Shown in pieces: positions 28,875-38,953 of a stretch of 64,000 nucleotides of DNA (the first letter of the stretch is position 1; the number at the start of each line of letters is the position of its first letter). The position numbers were made by a program, and so were the translations under genes. The stretch comes from an uncultured Bacteroides sp. (GTDB lineage: Bacteria; Bacteroidota; Bacteroidia; Bacteroidales; Muribaculaceae), in assembly GCA_964555405.1 (NCBI GenBank), contig CAZKSF010000001.1, positions 26,536 through 90,535 on the forward strand, in the 5' to 3' direction. The notes under the pieces were generated by a model, which was not told where the DNA came from, searched no databases, and worked only from the letters and a program-made list of their open reading frames with translations.

Positions 28875-31800
28875 TTACAGCGAGACGTTCGACGGAGTTT
28901 CTGACGGTTCTTCAGGCTTTACAGCCTCCGCGACGGTCTTTTTCCGTGGACGGAGATGGCGGAGGAAGCGGAATACATCGCGGATCGAACCGACCTTCTT
29001 TTTATACACGAATCCGACACCGGTCTGCGTCACTTCGCCTTCGAGAATACTTTCATATCCGGTGTGACGGAACAGACGTACATACATTGATCCGCTCTTG
29101 TTAATCACGTACTCAAAAGAGATATCGCTTATAAGATTCTGTGAAAAATTCTCGTCCACATTATCATCAGTGGAATAATTTCCACCTACGACAATCTTGA
29201 AACGATCATTGAACAACGATTTCGACACACTGTAACTGTAGCTGGTGGTAGTGCCTGTACTGCCGTCAGTGGTTGTTTCATACTGATTCATTCCGAACGA
29301 CAGATCCACTCCCTTGATTGTTTTTGCAGCCCACGCGTTGAGACGTCCTGTCAGGAACGAATAAAGTGGATTACCCGACAGATTGGCGCTTCCGCGCGTC
29401 TCCGGACCATTGTACACATTAGTAAGCAACAGGTTCATTGCCTCGCTTGCGCGCTGTTGTGGAGTCATCGAAGCAAGTTCGTTCTGCACCGTTATGTCAT
29501 TGTCGGTGGAGAGGTCGAACGACAGATCGAGCGCTGACAATGTTCCCCCTACTCCGAGTGTGACTGCGAAATCAACTATACGTGAATTCTGACCCGACTG
29601 CACGATGTTGGCTTTTACATTGTCCACCGCCTTGATGTTTAGCTGGGGATTCATCATGTCGCCGGTAAATGCCACATAACTCCCCTCCTGAAAAATGAAA
29701 TTCTTTTCCGAAAGCACCGGTGGAATACTGTATCGTACGTTACCTCCATTGATATTGAACCTACCGATAAGCCTGCCGTTGTTCTGAGGATTCATGTTGA
29801 ATGAAAGCAAGCCGTCGCCCTGCACCGACACACGGTTTGATCCGTCGGTGTTGAGATATACGTTCAATGTGGTACCCTTCGAAACGGTAAGTTCGGCATT
29901 CAGATTCATCATCATGCCCGGAGCAGATATGGTATCGGCATTCAGAACTTGTGTGGTATCGCTGAAATTCACGAATTTCACCATTTCCTCGTCTGACTGT
30001 GACCCCACCGCCAATCCACTGTCATCCATTATATATGTCACATTTGTTCCCTGAAGCAGGTTAAGGTCGGCATCTACGTTAAGCAACGTCATGTTTCCAT
30101 GCACATCGACATCAGCGTTGATGAATGCTTTACCGAAAGCATCGGCGCCACCGCGCGCACGGTTCGTATTCATGATCTGCATGTTCCGTGCGGTCATTTT
30201 CAGGTCTATCTGGACATCGGACAGTTTACGTGCATCTACTGTTCCGTTTACGCTCAGCGGATTATCGTTTGCGGCAGTTATCGCGAAACCGTCGAAATGC
30301 ACGATATTGCTGTCCACCGGAATCTGTCCGTCCGAGAATTTGAAAGTGGAACCAAGCATTCCCACATTGACAGCCGTTGAATCGAACTGGATGAAGCCGT
30401 TGAACACCGGCTCTATCATTGAACCCGTTATATCCATAGTACCGTTTATCATACCGCTCAGACGGGCATAATCTTTGGGCAGGAACGGATTGAGGATATG
30501 CAACGGGAAATGTATCATCGAAAAATCGAGGTCAAACGGATGAATCGCCGTTGTATCGTTCAGATGACCTCTTGCGGTTATCACCTTTACACTGTCGACC
30601 AGAAGAGAGGCATCGGCATGCAATGAGCCGTTTGCCGAATTGGTTACATCCAGCCCCACTCGGAACGATCCCACACGGTCTCTGCCGTAATACAGATCGG
30701 TCAGGCTCACCACTCCCGTACCGGTGAGTTCGTTTGAGTTCCATTTGAAACGGAGATCGGCTCCCAGGTCACCCTTGACAGGAGGAGCGAACGGTGATAC
30801 CGCCAGCCAGTCGGAAAGGTGTATATCCGAAAGCTGCATTACCACATCTTCCTGTTCGTTTCCGAGCGAATCAGCCGCTTCGTCATGCTCGGTATAAAGC
30901 CTGATGGAACTGTTTTCATTACGCATCGTCAGATCGGCGTCAATATGCCGGGTAACGAAATTATATGTCACAAAATTATCTTTATTCAGCTCCCATTTCT
31001 TATATCCGATTGTGGGAGTAAACGGCACAAAACGCACTGTTACGGCTGAATCGGCAGCTATTGCCGACAGACCGAGCAAAAATCCCTGATCCCCCTCTAT
31101 ATTCGATTGTCTCAGGAGTGCCGATACTCGGTCATCACCTAAGAATCCCGATAGGGTGACATGGGCGAAGCCGTCCATCGTACCGCGGCGGTTATTGATC
31201 TTGGCTGTATAAGCCAGATACTTGCCATGCTGGATAACGCCTACCGAAAGTGTATCGATGCGCGTACTGCCGCTGATCAAGCCGAGTATGTTGGCATTCA
31301 TGGATATCAGGGAGTCGTTGGACAATGATAGCCGCGCACTGTTCACACTCATTTTCGAATCACGGAGAAAATCCCCGGCAATATTGTTCATTCCTCCCAT
31401 TTCCGCGATTATCGCCAGCGGTGGCAAAGTCTGCTCAAGCGCTATGATATCCGCATTGCGTTGTGAGATTATAGAGTCGATCTGAACTGAGGTCGCGGTG
31501 ACGCGTGCCAGCAAGGTATCAAGTCCGCATCCTGCCGCCATACGTGCATGTAAGTCACCGTTGTTGAGTTCTCCGGTGACAGTCGAATCGGAAGTCACCA
31601 GCCGGACCCCTATTTCGGGGGTGGAAAGCACCATATCAGGCATTGCCCATTTGAGGGAAGTCACATTCAGCCCGGCATCAATATTTTTGAAGTCAGCCGA
31701 TGCCGAACCCTCCGACTTGATTCCCATCGAACCCTGCATGGCAGATTCGGTGATTTTCATCGCGCCGAGATCAATATTATGCACCATTCCGTCCAGTGAC

Positions 31801-33710
31801 CAGGTAATGCCGGAATCGGCTACCAGGGCACGGAAATCCATATCAATGTCCGCATCTCTGTTCATTGAGCGCAATGATCCCGTGGCTTGCCCCTCGTCAA
31901 GCTTCGCATTCATGGTAATGTTCCGGTATGACTGATCCATGTATACCACATCGGTTACATCGGCTACAAAATTCAGCTGTGTGCCCGACTTGAAAAAATC
32001 CAGTCCTTTACCTTCTGCCGCGAGTGATGCCGTGACATCCCCTACTCCAAGAGATGGCATAAACGAGGCTACCGGGAATTTACGCACATCCAGGTTCGCC
32101 TTATATCGTTCGCCAAGCTGTACCCAGTTCCCCTTGAAACCGATATTGCCTTTCCCTGATCTGATACCTAAAGTACCGGAAGTCATCCGGGGAGAATAGG
32201 TGATGTCACCGGTAAGGACAGTATGCGGTATATTTATTTCTTTTGCAAGACGTGCCTCGAGGAGCGTCGGCTTTATCGAGTTAAGCCCCATTGCATCGAC
32301 CTTAAGCGATATTTTTCCGTCAATACGGTCTGCGTCAAAAGGATTGCTCACCTCTCCACTCCCTTCCAACGAAAGGAACCGCGCTATTGACGCACTGAGT
32401 TCTTTCACATTGATGTGCCCGGATGTCCCGTCTAAATCGGCATGGAGTATCGCCGGCGAACGGGGAACGCCCCGGAGCATCGGCACAATCGACGGCATGG
32501 CAAGTTCGGCATCCTCCAGTCCGAGCTGACCATCGAGCTTAAGCTGTAACGGCAACGATGCGTCAGTGGTGAGATCTCCCACCCCCATAGCGGCATTCAA
32601 CGATACCGACGAATAGTCAGTAGCTATTTTGAATTGATCGGCACGCATGAGTTCATTTTCCATGCTGAACACACCGCTCGCGCTGAGCGCTATGCCACAC
32701 CTCTCGCGTCCATACAGACGTGTCAGCGGAACGGTAATCGAAGTACCGCGGTTATAGAAGGAATCAACTGAAATCTCGACATCGTTTACCTGCAGATAAT
32801 TCATGTCGATACCGGGAAGAGGCGCGGCGCCACGCATGGCATATATTGCCGAATCCGCATTGAGCCGCAAGGTGCCGGCGGTTATTGTCCACAATGACGA
32901 ACTATCAGTCGCTACAGTATCCACAGGAACTGGGCGTTGCGGATGTGAGGCAAGCCATTCCGCATCCGGGAGCAGATAAAGTACTTTTCCTAAGGCGGCA
33001 TCCAGCGACTTTACGGTTATGCTACGTGAACCCATATCGATGCGTCCGCCGTCGAGTTCCGCAGATGCCACATGGCAATCGAGAGAGTCGATCGTAGGAA
33101 GCATCTGCATGCGGTAATCCACATTTTTGAGTTCGAGTTTCCCGGCGGTTATCAGCCATGGGGTGGACGCAACCGTATCAACCGGTGTCGGGGTAATGGT
33201 ATCAAGCATTATCAGCGATACCCTTGCACCGTCCACCGTGGCATGACCTACATCTATTTTCCCTGATTTAAGCTGAAGATCGGTCTCATCGAGGTCAAAA
33301 CGGTCGATATGTGCCCGTAACCACATTGCAGAATCGGGAGTGCCTAACTGATAGAAACCATTGTCGAGTGTGACCGATTTGACATCGATGTTCAGTTTGA
33401 GCAACGCTAATGGTGAAACCGAAAGTGATGCCGAACGTGCCGTCACCATCGTGTCACCTGTCGCTTCAAGCACCACTACATCGTCGACTCCCACACGCAG
33501 CGGGAATTTGAGACTGAGTCTACCCACCTGAATATTCATACCGGTAGACGCGTTTACCTTGTCAAGGGCTATGGTTTTTACTTCATTCTGAACCCAGGGT
33601 ATATACAGAAGAGCCGGAATGATAACTATTAACGCTATCACTACCAACAGAGTCCATTTAAGAATCCTCGTTATGAGGTGGTATATTTTCTTTCCTATTG
33701 AAGTATCCAC
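28875..33710 (-). CDS. Translocation/assembly module TamB-like protein
   Basis: N-terminal membrane anchor, long beta-taco body and C-terminal DUF490-like segment (SKSLFNDRFKIVVGG...GVGFVYKKK); GTG start. Confidence 0.9.
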   Translation of the reverse strand: MDTSIGKKIYHLITRILKWTLLVVIALIVIIPALLYIPWVQNEVKTIALDKVNASTGMNIQVGRLSLKFPLRVGVDDVVVLEATGDTMVTARSASLSVSPLALLKLNIDVKSVTLDNGFYQLGTPDSAMWLRAHIDRFDLDETDLQLKSGKIDVGHATVDGARVSLIMLDTITPTPVDTVASTPWLITAGKLELKNVDYRMQMLPTIDSLDCHVASAELDGGRIDMGSRSITVKSLDAALGKVLYLLPDAEWLASHPQRPVPVDTVATDSSSLWTITAGTLRLNADSAIYAMRGAAPLPGIDMNYLQVNDVEISVDSFYNRGTSITVPLTRLYGRERCGIALSASGVFSMENELMRADQFKIATDYSSVSLNAAMGVGDLTTDASLPLQLKLDGQLGLEDAELAMPSIVPMLRGVPRSPAILHADLDGTSGHINVKELSASIARFLSLEGSGEVSNPFDADRIDGKISLKVDAMGLNSIKPTLLEARLAKEINIPHTVLTGDITYSPRMTSGTLGIRSGKGNIGFKGNWVQLGERYKANLDVRKFPVASFMPSLGVGDVTASLAAEGKGLDFFKSGTQLNFVADVTDVVYMDQSYRNITMNAKLDEGQATGSLRSMNRDADIDMDFRALVADSGITWSLDGMVHNIDLGAMKITESAMQGSMGIKSEGSASADFKNIDAGLNVTSLKWAMPDMVLSTPEIGVRLVTSDSTVTGELNNGDLHARMAAGCGLDTLLARVTATSVQIDSIISQRNADIIALEQTLPPLAIIAEMGGMNNIAGDFLRDSKMSVNSARLSLSNDSLISMNANILGLISGSTRIDTLSVGVIQHGKYLAYTAKINNRRGTMDGFAHVTLSGFLGDDRVSALLRQSNIEGDQGFLLGLSAIAADSAVTVRFVPFTPTIGYKKWELNKDNFVTYNFVTRHIDADLTMRNENSSIRLYTEHDEAADSLGNEQEDVVMQLSDIHLSDWLAVSPFAPPVKGDLGADLRFKWNSNELTGTGVVSLTDLYYGRDRVGSFRVGLDVTNSANGSLHADASLLVDSVKVITARGHLNDTTAIHPFDLDFSMIHFPLHILNPFLPKDYARLSGMINGTMDITGSMIEPVFNGFIQFDSTAVNVGMLGSTFKFSDGQIPVDSNIVHFDGFAITAANDNPLSVNGTVDARKLSDVQIDLKMTARNMQIMNTNRARGGADAFGKAFINADVDVHGNMTLLNVDADLNLLQGTNVTYIMDDSGLAVGSQSDEEMVKFVNFSDTTQVLNADTISAPGMMMNLNAELTVSKGTTLNVYLNTDGSNRVSVQGDGLLSFNMNPQNNGRLIGRFNINGGNVRYSIPPVLSEKNFIFQEGSYVAFTGDMMNPQLNIKAVDNVKANIVQSGQNSRIVDFAVTLGVGGTLSALDLSFDLSTDNDITVQNELASMTPQQRASEAMNLLLTNVYNGPETRGSANLSGNPLYSFLTGRLNAWAAKTIKGVDLSFGMNQYETTTDGSTGTTTSYSYSVSKSLFNDRFKIVVGGNYSTDDNVDENFSQNLISDISFEYVINKSGSMYVRLFRHTGYESILEGEVTQTGVGFVYKKKVGSIRDVFRFLRHLRPRKKTVAEAVKPEEPSETPSNVSL

Positions 33711-33782
33711 AGCTTATTACTCTCAAAATAAATAGTCAACGTGTCGAAACCGGAAACAGCGCAGCCATAATCCGTTAATAAG

Positions 33783-33827
33783 AAAACGTCCGTCGGTGAA
33801 AAAAAGTTCTTTTCGCCGGACGGACGT
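33783..33827 (-). terminator. Terminator downstream of aspC
   Basis: acgtccgtc-ggtgaaaa / ttttcgcc-ggacggacgt stem with an adjacent A-run (U-tail on minus strand). Confidence 0.75.
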
Positions 33828-33843
33828 CGTAGTATTCGTGAAT

Positions 33844-35040
33844 TTATTTCAAGAGCGCTATGGCACAGCCGATACGGCGCATAGCTTCCTCGATGTTACT
33901 GTCGGAAGTCGCATAGCTCAGACGTATGTATCCCGGCATCATGAAAGCTGATCCGGCAACGGTTGCCACATGCGCTTCCTCAAGCAGATACATTGCGAGA
34001 TCACTGTCGGTTGCGATTACATTTCCGTCGGGAGCCGTTCTGCCAAGCACGCCGCTTACTTCCGGAAATAGGTAGAAAGCGCCTTGCGGTACATTTACTT
34101 TCCAGCCATCGATTTCCGAAGCGAGTCGTACTATCAGATCGCGGCGGCGTTCGAATGCTTTACGCATTGTCTCCACACAATCCTGTGGACCCGAATAAGC
34201 GGCTTCGGCTGCTTTCTGGGCTATTGACGAAGCATTGGAAGTCATCTGTCCCTGCAGCTTGTTCACCGCTTTGGCAATGGCGACCGGAGCCACACAGAAA
34301 CCGATACGCCAGCCGGTCATGGCATAAGCCTTTGAGACACCGTTTATTATCACGGTACGGTCGGCAGTTTCGGGGAATGAAGCCATTGATGTGTATGCAC
34401 CGGTGTAATTAATATGACGGTATATTTCGTCAGCCAGTATCATTACATCCGGATACTTTGCAAGTACATCCACCAGTGCCTGCAGTTCGTCACGGGTATA
34501 TACGCTACCTGTAGGATTGGACGGTGAACATAGCATTATCATACGTGTCCGCGGAGTAATCGCCGCCTCCAGTTGCGCCGGTGTTATCTTGAAGTCGGTG
34601 TCTATGGTAGCCGGGACTTCAATCGAGACAGCCTCGGCAAGCTTTATCAGTTCGGTGTAACTAACCCATGCGGGAGTAGGCACGATTACCTCGTCACCGG
34701 CGTTGAGCGTGGCAAGGAGGACATTTGCGATTGCCTGCTTCGCACCGTTCGACACCACAATCTGCTCCGGAACAAACTCTGTCGCATCCTCGGCATTCAT
34801 ACGGTCGCATATCGCGCGGCGCAACGAAAGATAGCCCGGAACCGGGGTATAGCGCGAAAAATTATCAGCAACCGCTTTTATAGCAGCGAGTTTTATATGG
34901 TCGGGGGTATCAAAATCCGGTTCTCCGACCGACATATTTATCACGTCAATGCCCTGAGCTTTCAGCTCATTGCTTTTCTGCGACATTGCCAGGGTCTGCG
35001 ACACCGCCAATGCATTTACTCTCTGAGATATCTGTATCAT
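33844..35040 (-). CDS. aspC: Aspartate aminotransferase (PLP-dependent class I)
   Basis: GEPDFDTP, SNGAKQA, CSPSNPTG, DEIY, PLP-lysine NGVSKAYAMTGWRIG and RLSYA; start at ATG 35040. Confidence 0.93.
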   Translation of the reverse strand: MIQISQRVNALAVSQTLAMSQKSNELKAQGIDVINMSVGEPDFDTPDHIKLAAIKAVADNFSRYTPVPGYLSLRRAICDRMNAEDATEFVPEQIVVSNGAKQAIANVLLATLNAGDEVIVPTPAWVSYTELIKLAEAVSIEVPATIDTDFKITPAQLEAAITPRTRMIMLCSPSNPTGSVYTRDELQALVDVLAKYPDVMILADEIYRHINYTGAYTSMASFPETADRTVIINGVSKAYAMTGWRIGFCVAPVAIAKAVNKLQGQMTSNASSIAQKAAEAAYSGPQDCVETMRKAFERRRDLIVRLASEIDGWKVNVPQGAFYLFPEVSGVLGRTAPDGNVIATDSDLAMYLLEEAHVATVAGSAFMMPGYIRLSYATSDSNIEEAMRRIGCAIALLK

Positions 35041-35059
35041 CTGCAATTATCTAAATCAG

Positions 35060-35094
35060 GGTGCAATATTCGCAATTTTTTACGACATATGCAA
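35060..35094. repeat. 35-bp direct repeat, copy 1 (promoter-like, upstream of aspC)
   Basis: ggtgcaatattcgcaattttttacgacatatgcaa, 34/35 identical to 39977-40011. Confidence 0.9.
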
Positions 35095-35120
35095 GTCATG
35101 TCCCAAAATAGCCGCCCGGC

Positions 35121-38100
35121 TTACCGGATAATCACCTTGCTCCGGCATACGATATAAATACCGGTATCGAGACCTCTCACACGACATACCTCTCCGCTCC
35201 TGACTTCAGCCATCCTTACCGGCACTCCCTTCAGATCATATACCGGAATCCGGCAACCTACCGCACTCCGTATGCACAGCTCGTTGCCTTCGGTCCATAT
35301 TTTCACACCTTGCCATGACATCAGTTCTTCTATCGAACTGTTGTCGAAAATCGGGATCATACGGCGTGAGTCATTCGACATCATGAAACATTCGAAGGGG
35401 CGCACATCGCGCAAGCCTCCTACAAACACACTTCCCGGTTCATTGCCGTCGAGTTTTTCGTCATTGATAATGCGGAATTGCTCGTCGGCTGTGCGTCCGC
35501 CGAACTCAGCAAAGAGCAGCGATCCGCTGAAGCAGGGTTTTCCTTCCGGTTCGGGCGTAGCCTCTACGGCGGCATTTGTGGCACTGAACCGCACTTCGCC
35601 AAGTATGTTGTAACTGTCGATATATTCCGGATTGTTAGGCATCGATATCAGATACGGCTCATAAGCGAGTATCTCGCCGGTCATTTCCCAGCCGGCGGCT
35701 GTCGGGCGGTATAGCCAGAACGGGCGGTCATCATCTTTCGCCGTAGCAAAGGGTCGAATTTCACTCACTGCGTCATTTATCGTTTCCACTCTGAACGGCA
35801 AAGCGATTGTCTCCCAGCCGGCGCATGTCCCGATTATAGTCGGTTTGCTGAAATGACGCGTATAGCTTATCTCACGCGCCGTGAAACTTTGTGGCGCGTG
35901 GAACGGATAGCGGTCGGTCAACCGTATGGCTGAGGCATACCCGTTCTCTATCCGGTTCATCACTCCGCACTCCCCTGTCGGATCACCGTAAGGCAGATAC
36001 ATCAGAAGGTTGGGATTAGTGGTCCCTTCGGTCAGACGCCCGTCGACACGTAGTGCTGCCGAATGCCACACTATGGCGCAGAGACCGGGATTACCGGCGA
36101 ACACACCATTGCCGTAAGCATTCATCGCTGCAGGCATATCCACCGTTACAAGTCCGGTCGAAGCAAGGGCCCCGTCCGGCATGACGGCACTCGTTACATC
36201 CGTCAGGTCAAGGTAACGCAACGCATGCAGCGAGCGTATGAACGAGTAGTCGGTTTCATCAAGCTCGCCTGCTACGGCAAGACGCAGTGTCTCGTCAGGC
36301 ATTCCTTCCGGCGCCCAGCCATAACATGAGGCGAGGATTCCGGGACGGGAAGTGACTGCATGATTCTCGTCGGCATACCCTTCGACGGAATATACAAGTG
36401 GCTCTGAATCCATATAGCCCTGCTTGACCGCTACCGCACGCACCGTCACCAGACCACCGGCATCGAACGCGCCGTCATAGATAATTCCTTCGGCGGGATT
36501 GCCGTCGCTGAAAGTATAGCGTATTTCGGCATCGGGTTCTCCGGTAGCAAGTGTGATATATCTGCCGTCATAATTGCTGACTGTCACTCCGGCACATATG
36601 AATTGTCTGATCAATATCTCCGCTGTCTCCGATTCAAGATAATCGGGCGCCTTGGCGCGGGCATACACAGTACAGTTACCTTCCACAGTTATCGGACCGG
36701 CATACGTAGCCCATTCGCCGGTAGAGTCATTGACCGCGTAACTGATCGCTGCACCCGGCGTAGCGCACCGGAGAGTAAGCAGCATCTCCTCACGATTGAA
36801 TTCACCGTATGGTTTGGCGGTGGTTTGTCCGGTCATGGCATACCACACCGTTTCCGAGTCGTACATTCCTGCCTTGCGCCCCTGAGCGTAGATTGTGAGA
36901 TTACCCTCAATAGCCACCGGACCGCTGTATTCACTCATCACCGATGTATCATCGTTACCGATCGAGTACCATATTGTGGAACCTTCGGTGACTGCGGTCA
37001 GCGTTACGATATTACCGGTAACGCTTATCAGCGGCGCGGCGACCGTGTGCTCGGCGCGGACGAAACTGTATTCGGCGATTTCCGACGGATTGAATCCCGC
37101 ACGGTAGGAACGTGCAAGTATTGTGGCGTCGCTTTCCGGAGCGACAAAAGGTGAATCGTAGAGAGTCGACGACTCCGACGGTTCACTTCCGTCAAGAGTG
37201 TAGTAGGTAGAGGTTCCTTCCATCTGCTCGGATTGTATCTCTATCATCAGATCGCGGAAACCGATCGAAGGTGCCGACACCTGATTTCCCATGTCTGTGA
37301 GATAGAAAGTGAATTGTCCGGGAGAATCCGGGGCGGCATCGCGTAGTATTCCGTAATAAACTCCGGCAGGGAGATCGGGACAGATCATGGCGTTGAGGCT
37401 TTCTCCGGAGACAGTCGCTTCGAGAACCCCGTCGCGCCATAAATCGAGCGTAACAGGTATATCGGTACGGAGATAAAGAGGTGTGCTGTCGGCAGTGAAC
37501 CGTATGGCTGCAAATTCACCCTGCCCCGGAGTGGAGAACTGATGAATCGAGTTAACCTTCATGTCGGTCACTACGGCACTATAACTTCCCTTTATCTCTA
37601 ATTTCCACATTTCGGGAGGTGCCCAGCCGAGTTCGGTACGCAATTGCATAATGTAACGCGCGGAATCGCTCGATTCTACCGTGATCCGGTCATCCTCGAA
37701 GCGTGGCTGCTGACCCGCGATATGGAACTGAAGCGAGTCAGGCAAATCGACGGTGAAGGTATAACTGTCGGAAAGTGTCCGCTCCACTTCCACAAAACCG
37801 AGATCGATGCCGTTGATATAGTGGCGGTAACCGGTTACGGGCGCACGCATACTGTCGCTGTAGAATACAATCAGTTTTCGGTAAACGGAACTCCAGTCGC
37901 CGTCATCATCGCGGAGACGCAGGTTGAAGTAGTGGGCTCCGCAGCTCTTGTCAAAGTCCGACAGGTCGACTTCAAAGCTGGCCGGATTTCCATCTGCCGT
38001 CGATGACACGCGGTTGAGGTAGTCGTTGTCAAACCAATATTCATATTCCGTAAAGCGTGAAGCATTGGATTCTATGAAGAAATACTTCATAAAGGGAGCG

Positions 38101-38936
38101 CCCCACACTCCTTCACAGGTCTGAATGCGGTAGCTGATTCTGTGCAGACCCTTGCGTATACCGGTTAGGTCAACTTCATATGTGTTTGCTTCGGAAGAGA
38201 GTTCTCCCGAGAATCTTTCATTATAATTGTCATCAATCCAGTATTCGTAGGCTACCGCGTCATCCGATCCTACGAGATTCACTATCATTTTCCGATAGAC
38301 ACTGCCCCGGCTACCGTCGATATACCCGAGACGGCAGTTAAAATAGTGAACCCCGGCGGGCAAAGAGGAAATATCAAGTTCAAGGTGATTGCTTCCGAAC
38401 GGTATATCACCCGACACTTTCGAAGCATAGTCATTGTCAAACCAATACTCATAGGATATGGCACTGTTATCCTGTCCTATTGATTGAAACATCTTTCGGT
38501 AGACGGGTCCCCACACACCATTGCCATATCCGACACGGCAATTGAAGAAATGGATTCCTTTAGGAAGTGAGGATAAATCAAGTTCCAGATATCGTTTTCC
38601 CGATGATATATCACCGGAAATCTTCGAGTCAATATCATTGTCAAACCAATACTCATAGGATACGGCACTGTTATCACTGCCGAAGGAATGAAACATACGG
38701 CGGTAGACGGAGCCATATATGCTGTCACCTTTCGCGAGGCGGATATTGAAGTAATGGATGCCTTTGGGTAGGTCGGAGGTATCGATCAGAAGGTCGAATG
38801 ACTTGCCGGACACAGTACCGGTTTGCACAGACGAAGCATCATTGTCGAACCACCACTCATAACTGTCGGGCGTGACAGCCTGTATAATGCCGGCAGTAAG
38901 GAGTAACGCTGTGATTATTGAGTAAAGTTTTCCCAT
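35121..38936 (-). CDS. Large T9SS-type cell-surface scaffold: five 68-aa YEYWFD repeats, four CHB_HEX_C/Fn3-associated domains, short LRR-like segment, CTD
   Basis: Signal peptide; YExWxD repeats at aa 26, 94, 162, 230 and 298; TYYTLDGSEP-type stalk repeats; CTD with YDLKG...GIYIV...KVIIR. Confidence 0.85.
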   Translation of the reverse strand: MGKLYSIITALLLTAGIIQAVTPDSYEWWFDNDASSVQTGTVSGKSFDLLIDTSDLPKGIHYFNIRLAKGDSIYGSVYRRMFHSFGSDNSAVSYEYWFDNDIDSKISGDISSGKRYLELDLSSLPKGIHFFNCRVGYGNGVWGPVYRKMFQSIGQDNSAISYEYWFDNDYASKVSGDIPFGSNHLELDISSLPAGVHYFNCRLGYIDGSRGSVYRKMIVNLVGSDDAVAYEYWIDDNYNERFSGELSSEANTYEVDLTGIRKGLHRISYRIQTCEGVWGAPFMKYFFIESNASRFTEYEYWFDNDYLNRVSSTADGNPASFEVDLSDFDKSCGAHYFNLRLRDDDGDWSSVYRKLIVFYSDSMRAPVTGYRHYINGIDLGFVEVERTLSDSYTFTVDLPDSLQFHIAGQQPRFEDDRITVESSDSARYIMQLRTELGWAPPEMWKLEIKGSYSAVVTDMKVNSIHQFSTPGQGEFAAIRFTADSTPLYLRTDIPVTLDLWRDGVLEATVSGESLNAMICPDLPAGVYYGILRDAAPDSPGQFTFYLTDMGNQVSAPSIGFRDLMIEIQSEQMEGTSTYYTLDGSEPSESSTLYDSPFVAPESDATILARSYRAGFNPSEIAEYSFVRAEHTVAAPLISVTGNIVTLTAVTEGSTIWYSIGNDDTSVMSEYSGPVAIEGNLTIYAQGRKAGMYDSETVWYAMTGQTTAKPYGEFNREEMLLTLRCATPGAAISYAVNDSTGEWATYAGPITVEGNCTVYARAKAPDYLESETAEILIRQFICAGVTVSNYDGRYITLATGEPDAEIRYTFSDGNPAEGIIYDGAFDAGGLVTVRAVAVKQGYMDSEPLVYSVEGYADENHAVTSRPGILASCYGWAPEGMPDETLRLAVAGELDETDYSFIRSLHALRYLDLTDVTSAVMPDGALASTGLVTVDMPAAMNAYGNGVFAGNPGLCAIVWHSAALRVDGRLTEGTTNPNLLMYLPYGDPTGECGVMNRIENGYASAIRLTDRYPFHAPQSFTAREISYTRHFSKPTIIGTCAGWETIALPFRVETINDAVSEIRPFATAKDDDRPFWLYRPTAAGWEMTGEILAYEPYLISMPNNPEYIDSYNILGEVRFSATNAAVEATPEPEGKPCFSGSLLFAEFGGRTADEQFRIINDEKLDGNEPGSVFVGGLRDVRPFECFMMSNDSRRMIPIFDNSSIEELMSWQGVKIWTEGNELCIRSAVGCRIPVYDLKGVPVRMAEVRSGEVCRVRGLDTGIYIVCRSKVIIR
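37850..38864 (-). repeat. Five tandem 204-bp (68-aa) intragenic repeats
   Basis: The first Tyr codons fall at 38861, 38657, 38453, 38249 and 38045; a 41-bp block at 38431-38471 and 38635-38675 is 40/41 identical. Confidence 0.9.
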
Positions 38937-38953
38937 CTACGTATGGTTGGGAA

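Noticed and set aside
37850-38864. YEYWFD repeats as a CRISPR array or DGR TR/VR pair
   Set aside because: The repeats are in-frame 204-bp coding units that diverge at all base types; there are no spacers and no A-specific pattern.
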